Source: the human T2T-CHM13v2.0 reference genome, Homo sapiens. Taken from it: a stretch of 64,000 bases of DNA. The position numbers and the translations under genes are program-made. The stretch lies in NCBI RefSeq assembly GCF_009914755.1, contig NC_060934.1, one strand, 5' to 3'. Under the pieces are notes generated by a model, which did no database searches, had not been told where the DNA came from, and was given only the letters and a program-made list of their open reading frames with translations. This document shows positions 48,186 to 64,000 of this stretch, one piece after another (positions within the stretch are counted from its first letter, which is position 1; each line of letters starts with the position of its first letter).

Positions 48186-48284
48186 CTGCTGCAGAAGGCG
48201 GAGGATGGTGTTGTTTTGCAGTTGTGGCACATACTGCTGCAATTCCGGTTCCTTTTCAGGTTGTTCCCTAACCCAATTTAGAAC
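48186..48284 (-). CDS. EIF3A: EIF3A exon 9 (99 nt)
   Basis: tag|…|gtaaaa; [15 protein letters not shown]…LRLLQQ. Confidence 0.95.
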
Positions 48285-48422
48285 CTATAAAATCCATTAA
48301 ATTGAAAGAGAATCACACTTTCTACATAAGAGATACTAAAACATCTAAAACTCTTTTTTTTTTAATATACAAAAACATCATCCAATGCAAAGAAATACAA
48401 AATGTATCATGAAGCTACTGAT

Positions 48423-48551
48423 ACTTGTTTGAAGGTGACTGGCAGCAATGGCTAAGTTAGTCATGCTGCTAATTAACCTCCAAAGGTTTGCTGAGCACAT
48501 CAGATATATCTTTTCTCTTGAAATAAAGAAAAAAGACAATGAAATGTGCAC
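48423..48551 (-). ncRNA. SNORA19-like paralogue (intron 8); degenerate H box
   Basis: Same 5' GTGCACATTTCATTG and 3' hairpin with ACA box as SNORA19; stems retained despite divergent sequence. Confidence 0.75.
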
Positions 48552-48663
48552 TGAATTCCAACACATAGGACAAAACTTCTCTCTTAACAAATATGAATAC
48601 AACCCAAAACTGCAAGAAGGCCAACTCTGTGGTAACAACCAGAACTTAAATACAAAGGCTTAC

Positions 48664-48768
48664 CTTTGTGACTCGCTCACAGAGTTTTAATGGGTTAAAT
48701 TCTACTTCAAGCCAATTGTAAAGGTCTTTCACTTCTGGGACAACATATTGTAGTACATTAAATCTGAC
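48664..48768 (-). CDS. EIF3A: EIF3A exon 8 (105 nt)
   Basis: tag|…|gtaagc; [35 protein letters not shown]. Confidence 0.96.
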
Positions 48769-50065
48769 CTACAGTAAGCAAAACAAAAGATGTAACTGCC
48801 AAAGGAAATTTTCCAACTAAAATTCTGAACTTAGTATAAATGATAGCATTGGAAATCTGGAAAATGATTTAAAAAATCATCAAGCCTCAACCTCCTCTAA
48901 ATTTACCAAAAATGAATCCAAAGTACAACTATGCTGGGTCTTTTGCCCCACACTATGCACATTAACCTACCGTGAAAAGCCCCACAAGTATGTAAAAAGG
49001 AAATGAAACTCTAAAAAACACAACTACAACCAATTAAATATTCACAAAGACAACTACTGTGGCCAATAGAATATTTTATTACCAATAACAAGGAAAATAC
49101 CAGTTTTACTTTTATATAAATTATCACACAAAAATTATCATGGCAGCACTATTTCTAATAGCCCCAAACTGGGGAGAATTCACATATGGTGTATTCATAA
49201 AATAAACAAAAATGCTCAAAAAAGAACAGCTACATAGAACACATGAATAAATCTCACAAACATAGCGGTGAGAAAAGAATTTCACATATTACCCCATTTA
49301 TATGGACTTCAATTTTACCATGGAATATGTCATTTTTTTTAGGAACTGTTAACCCAAGGACAAAATAACTGCTGGGATAGAGCAAAGCACAGAAGTGTGT
49401 ACCCATAGAGAGTGGGTGACAAAACTGAGGCAAATATTGGCAGATCGCATCCCCAAGCAAGGAGGGCACCCACACATGGGAGCACTCAGGTCTAAGGTTA
49501 ACTCTAATGTAAAATGGGTACAAGGCTGAAATCCTACAACATTCTAACACTTCCTCCTTATAAGCATCCATATATCTTTACTGCAATAAGGTGTGGTATA
49601 TGCATACAAATAAAATTCCCTAACTTAGAATCTGCCTTTAAGAGAAAAAAAAAAATTCCCAGCTCTAATTTCATTCCTATCAAGTTATTTTAGATTCTTC
49701 ATGCAGTCCCCTTCCGAATAGGGAAATGTGAAAGGCTGCCATAATCTACTAAATTATATTTCTCACTAAAATACATGATTGGTTTACTTTCCGATTTAAA
49801 AGTCACTCTTAGGAATGTTTGAGTCTTTTCCTGAGATAATGGAATCACTCTGTCTCATAAATTTGGTTATGGAAGCCTAACGCTCAGGTATTGACCTTGG
49901 ATATATGGTCAACTCAAGAAGTTGACAAATGCCTCTTGGCAGTCAGCTAATCCATTCACTGGACACTAACTGGTATCCTTCTAGAAGTCTACACTCTGTG
50001 GGCACAATGAGGACTCTAATCTAGATGCCCTAGTTGTTGGTCCAATGCTACCCATCAGTGATCAC

Positions 50066-50495
<430 letters not shown>

Positions 50496-51369
50496 AAGAT
50501 CACCTTTAACAAGGTGACGTGGATTATCCTTCCAGTGTGGCACGTTTCTTCAGCTTTAAAAATTAGAAGCAAATTTTTTATTAGCAAATGTTTTATTTGC
50601 TAATGAAACTTCTTTCTCAAGACACTGCTGTTGCTTTATTACATTGAGTCCTACATCGGCCCCATAAACAGAAAGTTGAACTCTGTGGGCAGTGGCAGCA
50701 GAAAAAAACATGGAGGAATACAAAGTAGAAAAAAAGCTGCTCTGCAGGAACTCTTTGCAAAAGTTAGCTACAAAGTGAATCTGCATTACTATGTCACAAA
50801 GGAAAAATGCCACTATCTAGAAAAGTTATTTGTTCTTAAATTGACTACTGCAGAAAATTTAGGCCTTTTATCTAGCTTTTATCAGAGTGAATATAGGTGT
50901 TTCCTCAGAATACATTTCAAAAATATCTGAGAGAGCCTGCCATTATCTTTTTGATTTCTTTATTGCTCTATTCATGAATTAGGGACTGTTAATGATTTAA
51001 ATTCCGTTTTTGGTAAACATACAGCCAAGTACTTATCCCTCTTTCTCTTACCCCAAAGTAATCTACTGGAGGTGATTCTAATAACCAAGTCAGACTATTA
51101 TGATAAGAATCCCTAGAATCTCAGCTCCCCTAGAATACAACTTCTGCCTTCAGTTTCACTTGCTAGGCACATAACAGGCACTCAACAAATTTCCACTGAA
51201 TGGAAGATTCCATCAATGCGAAACACTAAAAAGATACACAAATCTGGCCGGCACGGTGGCACACCTGTAATCCCAGCACTTAGGGAAGCCGAGGGGGATC
51301 GATCACTTGAGGCCAGGAGTTCACGACCAGCCTAGCCAACGTGGCAAAATCCCGTCTCCACTAAAACTA

Positions 51370-51555
<186 letters not shown>

Positions 51556-51770
51556 CTAAAACTTTTGTATTATATCTGCTGGGTAAAACCTAGAAATCTG
51601 CATTTTAAAAAGTATTTCACATACAATTTCACTGAATAACCCTAATTAAGTCCATACTATTTAGTAACATCAAATGAAAGTTTAAAAGAGAAAAAAGTTG
51701 AAAATATTTTAGTTCTTCAGACATTGAACATCAGACACTGAAGGTAAGTCTACCTTACCTTCTCCCCTAG

Positions 51771-52488
<718 letters not shown>

Positions 52489-52840
52489 CCTAGCCTCTTC
52501 ATATTTACCACACACAGCTTAATTAGTTTTCCTAGAGCCTCCATGAAATAAGCCATGACTCTTCTTGCCCATCATTACTTCTTCTCTTACTAACTGGCCC
52601 ACGGTATTCCCCAGAGCCAACCCAAGTCCTGCTAGATCAAAACTCCCACCAATTTAACCCCTGCTCACCCACTGGCGCGGAACTGCCTCAAGTGAACAGT
52701 GATTGACACCAGTGCTTCCCTGTCCATACATCAGAACCCTTGGCACTGAATCAGAATTCCCAGTATTTAATCATGAGTTATTAAACCTGACCACAAAGTT
52801 TTCTGCCCAAAGCTACAAAAATCCTCAAATTAATACTAAC

Positions 52841-53012
52841 CATATCATTAATAAGGCCAATTCGTGTCGGTGGGGCTTGAAGACCTAGTAGTGTTGCAAG
52901 GCGACGCTGTTTTTCAACTATAATGCCATCCATATCCAGAAGTCGAGCAATATCCGTACGCTCAGGAGTAATAGGGATGGAAAGAGTGGCTAAAAGGACT
53001 CTAGTAGACATT
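52841..53012 (-). CDS. EIF3A: EIF3A exon 7 (172 nt)
   Basis: tag|…|gttagt; [13 protein letters not shown]…GLINDM. Confidence 0.95.
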
Positions 53013-53276
53013 CTATGGAGAACAAAGTTTTAAATCTGTTAGGTTTGTAAATGATACTTGGTAAGCAGAAAAGCACTTCTCTTTAATCTTACGGTAAGGC
53101 GTGCTAGTGACAGAACGTGTACATCACCATGGTGCACTATACTCATAAATATTATTCCATCAAAGCATGGGAGTAAGAGAAATGGGCTGTGTTTAAACGA
53201 ATACTTGGAGAATCAGGACTTCATCTATCCACTCAGTACTGTCAGTGTTTTCTAGCTTCAGAAAAAGATTGTGATT

Positions 53277-56533
<3,257 letters not shown>

Positions 56534-56619
56534 TCAAATTTCTCAATTGGGCTTTTAGCGGAGTTACTTATCACCTGAGGTGAGGAGTTCAAGACCAACT
56601 ACTAAAGTCCAAGAATACT

Positions 56620-56806
56620 GTTCAGGAAGGGCAATGTCTTGAGACGTCTGTAATAGTCACAACTGGCGGTGGTTGCTACTGGCATCTAATGGGTAGAAGC
56701 TGAGGATGCTGCTAAACTGCTAAACCACCTGCAGTACACAAGACAGCCCCATGACTAAGAATTATCCAACCCAAAATGTCAGTAGTGCAGAGGCTGAGAA
56801 ACCATG
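56620..56806. mobile_element. MER20 (hAT-Charlie) relic
   Basis: gtcacaactgg…gctactggcatcta.tgggtaga.gc…gatgctgctaaac…aattatccaacccaaaatgtcagtagtgc. Confidence 0.75.
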
Positions 56807-56883
56807 GCCTAAAATATACCATGTCATATAATAGACGATATTTGTTACAGAATTTCAACATTATCCAAGTATAACATTTTTAC

Positions 56884-57092
56884 CTTTGCATCTCGTCTTG
56901 TGTGAGATTCTTTCTCATTTCTCTAGAGAGATGGTAAAGACGATGGAGTGTAGATGCATGAAAAAGAGCATTTCCAGATTTCCAAAACACAGTTGAGACT
57001 TTGTTATAGTAATTTGCCATCAACTGAGGTTTAGGTGGTTTTTTAGACAAGGAGAATAGCCCGTGAATATCTTCCACAGCTTTGAATGCTTC
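56884..57092 (-). CDS. EIF3A: EIF3A exon 6 (209 nt)
   Basis: tag|…|gtaaaa; [13 protein letters not shown]…DEMQR. Confidence 0.95.
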
Positions 57093-58323
57093 CTAAAATT
57101 AGGAGTATAAATTAAAGTCATTGCATTCTATAACACGAAAAAAATCTAATTCAAATTTCTATGAAACCTACAACACAGAAAACATAAAAATAGCAAATAA
57201 AATACCTTTGTGTGGTTCTCTTTACTCATGTATATCTATTTTAGAAAACTGCCATAATTACAAAAACACTAACTCCTTAAACGTTTTAAAGTTCTTTAGG
57301 AAATAATGGGAAGTAGACAGAGCAGACTCAAGAAAATATTTGCATATTATCCCATCACTTCGGGCAATATAAAGAAAAAATCTAGAAGGATATACAACAG
57401 GTTATTTCTGAGTGATAAGATAATGGATGAATATTTCTCTTCTTTTAACTTATGGATTTTTTTCTATAATGGGCATGTTTACTTATCTTCTACAGGTAGT
57501 ATTTTAAGATGGGTGTCCCTATAGAAAAGGAAACATGGGCAAGAACAAGACATCAAATCACACTTTCACTTGGCTCAAAGACTCCCAATTTTTAGTTTCT
57601 TCCTCTATAATTTCAATCAAATATTGTCCGTCAAATATACAAAAGACTTCAAGGTCACATGACTACAAAATTATATGGAACGTCTTTGTAGGATTCTTAG
57701 AGAAAAAGGGCCAGGGAGAGGACTAGCTTCCTAACACCATCAAGATCTCCAATGCAAGACAGGCAGCTAAAGCACCACTAAGAAATCTAGAATAATCTAC
57801 AGCAGCACTTCTCCAAACAATCAGTAGTAAAGGATTCGGTTTGTTTTAAATTTCTGACCTCTTACCGAAGAATATAAAATACAAAATTACCACAAAAATG
57901 AAACAGAAAAAGCTCACTTTTTATCAGAGTAAAAACACACAAAATGTACAATAAAATTGCTACTAAGAAACTTTGCATATGCTTTTCTACTCTATACTTA
58001 TTTCATCACAGACCAGATAGTTTACAGATGACACCAGTCATGAAACCACACTTCGAGCAGCACTGGCAATGTATTGTTTTATATGTCAAGAAACTGGGTC
58101 TGAAAGAGATTATATGGTTTGGTCCAGAATTCATAGAAGGCAACTAGAAACAAAATATTCTGAGATTTCTTGTTCAGAACTTTTCCCAGTCCATTAGGCA
58201 ACTTTAATTCCTTACCTTATTGAAATTAACCAATGCATACCAAGATGAAGCTATTCATTAAGGGGGGAGAAAAGTAACACAGACTATTATTTCTAGGAAG
58301 AAAAGCTAATAGCTCCAACATAC

Positions 58324-58523
58324 CTGCCACAATTCCATGCTGATAGCACTGTCCAGCTGAACAAGTCTGGTTTCCAAATGCATGGACTGGCTCTCTGGAT
58401 TATTAAGATTGATTGCCGTACTTTGGTTATGGTGGCGCTGAATCTGCGATAAGTGCATTCTCAAATTGTCACACAGTTTACGGAATTCAGCCTTACGCGT
58501 GTATTGGAGGCAGAATTTGAAAG
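58324..58523 (-). CDS. EIF3A: EIF3A exon 5 (200 nt)
   Basis: tag|…|gtatgt; [13 protein letters not shown]…MELWQ. Confidence 0.95.
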
Positions 58524-59181
58524 CTATAAGCATAATTGTAAAATATATTAGGTACCTTCCACTATCTACTTAAATATTTGAATAGGTTTTATTTCACACA
58601 TTAAGATCAGTTGTTTTAACAGGATTCACCAAACTCATCATTAGTCTTTGTGATGCAATGAGAATCAACTTATTTCATCCAGACTACCTTTTTGAGTGAG
58701 CCCTAACAAAACCAAAGACATAATCACTGGTCCTTGCTTACAACTAAAATGTGGTGCTGGCAGAGTTTACAAATGGGAAACTAGAATTTAGATCTAGGGG
58801 TCACCTTTCAAAGACCCACCACTTTAAATCCTAGGAGTAAAAAAATCTAGTATGAAATATAATGAACTTTGATATCTAACTTACATAGTAAGAAACAAGG
58901 TTCTGTACTAATTAAAACTACATAATACAAATTGAGGGCTTATAGTAACCTAATTTCAACTGATTACAGATGAACTACTTGTTCTGTCATTTAACTGGAC
59001 ACTTTAATTTTTTTACCGTCACATATGCACTATTAGATTATTTTTTAGATTTCCTTTCCCCTTAAAAATAGTTATGTCTATTTTAACAGGCCTAAAACAG
59101 AGATGCAGTTTAACTTCAAGTTAATATTTGTATCAACAGCTATCAAAAAGTCCAAATTTACTTGTATGAAAGTGAAAATTC

Positions 59182-60187
<1,006 letters not shown>

Positions 60188-60322
60188 GCAGTCATTTAAT
60201 ACTCATGTGAATGCCAACATTTCAATAAGGATAAAAACTAGTTCATTTTAAGTACTTTTCAGAAAATTTACTCCTCAGTCAATTTCAAAGCACTTCACTC
60301 AGATTTGATCTTCTCATCTTAC

Positions 60323-60486
60323 CTTGCTGGGCAATATCATGGTACAGGCGCTCTACTCTAGAATTGTTTCTAAGAAGGTCCAAACACTGCCTGTAAGACT
60401 CCCACAGGAATTTAACCCATGGAGTTAAAAGTAATCTGTCAGTACGATCCTGAGTGTCTTCACCACTTACAGCACTTAGGAGAACA
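60323..60486 (-). CDS. EIF3A: EIF3A exon 4 (164 nt)
   Basis: tag|…|gtaaga; [14 protein letters not shown]…HDIAQQ. Confidence 0.95.
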
Positions 60487-60873
60487 CTACAAAGAAAAAA
60501 ATGTTGAAAACAATTTTAGACAGTTTCCTACTTTGCCATGTGATTAAAAACCAAAACAATGTTCATCAGAAAACAGTGCAAATTCTTCCCACAATTTGTA
60601 CACACTGCAAAGGTGTCACTATCTACTCCCTGAATTCCCAATCTGCATTATGTTCATTTAAATTGGTATTTGCCCCTCTATCTTAAGGCTGTCATTTTCC
60701 ACTTCTATGAATTTTTATTACCTACATAAATTAACTGGTTACTATGCATTTAAAACTTCAAAGATTTGCATTTTTTTCTGATAAACATCTACCTCAAAAG
60801 GAAATGAAGACCCATGTAAAAGAAAACACCAAGTTAACTATCAAAGCATTTATTAGAGGTCTAACCCACATAC

Positions 60874-61010
60874 CTCTCAGGAGTTTGAATATTATCTAGA
60901 TCCTCTATATCTAAGACCATCTGCTGAGATTCTTCTTTAGCAGCTTCAGTTTTTTCCTCTGCCATTTTCAAATATGCCCTAACAACATCCTCCAGAGATT
61001 TTATGTTCAC
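60874..61010 (-). CDS. EIF3A: EIF3A exon 3 (137 nt)
   Basis: tag|…|gtatgt; [14 protein letters not shown]…IQTPE. Confidence 0.95.
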
Positions 61011-61179
61011 CTAATCCAAAAAAACAAAAACTCTTCAGAACTTATTTTTCCATTGAACCATAAGATGTTTTAAAGGCAAATTTTTAAGAGAAATACAATA
61101 TATTCACTTCGAAAGGTAAGTTCTTCGGCAGATTACTAAAAACACTTGTTAAAAATATACAACCCAGTTCCGTTTGTAC

Positions 61180-61370
61180 CTGTTGACAAATGTTCTTATA
61201 CTGGTATAACCCCTCCTTTGCCAAGTGGCTCTTGCGAAGATCCACGCAAAGTTCCAAGTATTTCAACATAATTGGTTCGTGTATCTTTTGCCATGTTCTA
61301 TGTTTTTTACTTTTCATAACATCATAAAGAACATCCAGAGCAGGCTGCTTTTTGCCAACCTCAAGAAATT
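61180..61370 (-). CDS. EIF3A: EIF3A exon 2 (191 nt); exon 1 lies beyond the window
   Basis: cag|…|gtacaa; [23 protein letters not shown]…NICQQ. Confidence 0.95.
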
Positions 61371-61618
61371 CTGAAAAATTCAGAAGAATTAAAATTAGTT
61401 ATGTACACTATACAAGAGTCTAAACTTTACCTTTTTAAACAGCTATTTCAATTCCCCAACTCATTACCAACTTTTTACCAAGTTACATTTATTTTTGACT
61501 TCTAAAGCTATGCCATAATTATCAAAAGTAAAACAACAGAAAGACCTGTACTGTGTTGAAATATGATCTACAAGTAAAACTGAATTTCACTGTATTCCAC
61601 TGTGATTTAAAAGTTCCA

Positions 61619-63783
<2,165 letters not shown>

Positions 63784-64000
63784 GTTTGCTACAGGATAAA
63801 TCACAAAACATACTGAAATAAATCTTTGTACAATACCTTATATGAAATCACATTTTTCACATGCAAATAATGACAAAACCCTTCACCACTGCATGAAAAA
63901 GTCCATCTTTCGCTGACTCCATCTTACTATCAAAAAAAAAACTTACTAAATGAAACAAAGATGTAATATATAACTAGATACTTTGTTGAAATAAGCCTTT

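Noticed and set aside
49812-49860. Minus-strand ATTCCATTAT hairpin, complementary to an 18S segment, upstream of an ACA; considered as a third snoRNA next to the exon-8 duplicate
   Set aside because: No bipartite pocket, no H box and no SNORA19 similarity; a 10-nt match is compatible with chance
50580-50604. Perfect 10-bp hairpin ATTAGCAAAT-gtttt-ATTTGCTAAT
   Set aside because: Short, AT-rich and without supporting context; could arise by chance in 64 kb

Overview
Human (primate) genomic DNA, very Alu-rich. It is recognisable as the NANOS1-EIF3A locus (chr10q26.11, from established knowledge). Bases 1-16,000 are intergenic: old L1 fragments, MaLR LTRs, DNA-transposon relics, many Alus and an orphan retroposed mRNA 3' end. 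A CpG island at about 16.2-18.3 kb carries the intronless NANOS1 CDS (17216-18094, +, 292 aa) and is followed by a 3' UTR of about 3 kb. EIF3A lies on the minus strand, converging tail-to-tail with NANOS1. Its coding exons 2-22 were traced splice site by splice site: 4100 nt, which with 49 coding nt from exon 1 outside the window gives 1382 aa plus stop. EIF3A introns host SNORA19, a diverged SNORA19 paralogue, a 69-nt U3 pseudogene and a Tigger1 with both ends intact. Leads most worth checking: (1) a 91%-identical, exon-bounded copy of EIF3A exon 8 in intron 7; (2) exons 2-4 flanked by inverted Alus, whose back-spliced 492-nt circle is a stop-free infinite ORF; (3) a compact bidirectional poly(A) signal between NANOS1 and EIF3A; (4) a (GGAA)14 microsatellite about 1 kb upstream of NANOS1; (5) the structurally conserved SNORA19 paralogue. 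Repeat family names and boundaries are by eye and approximate.
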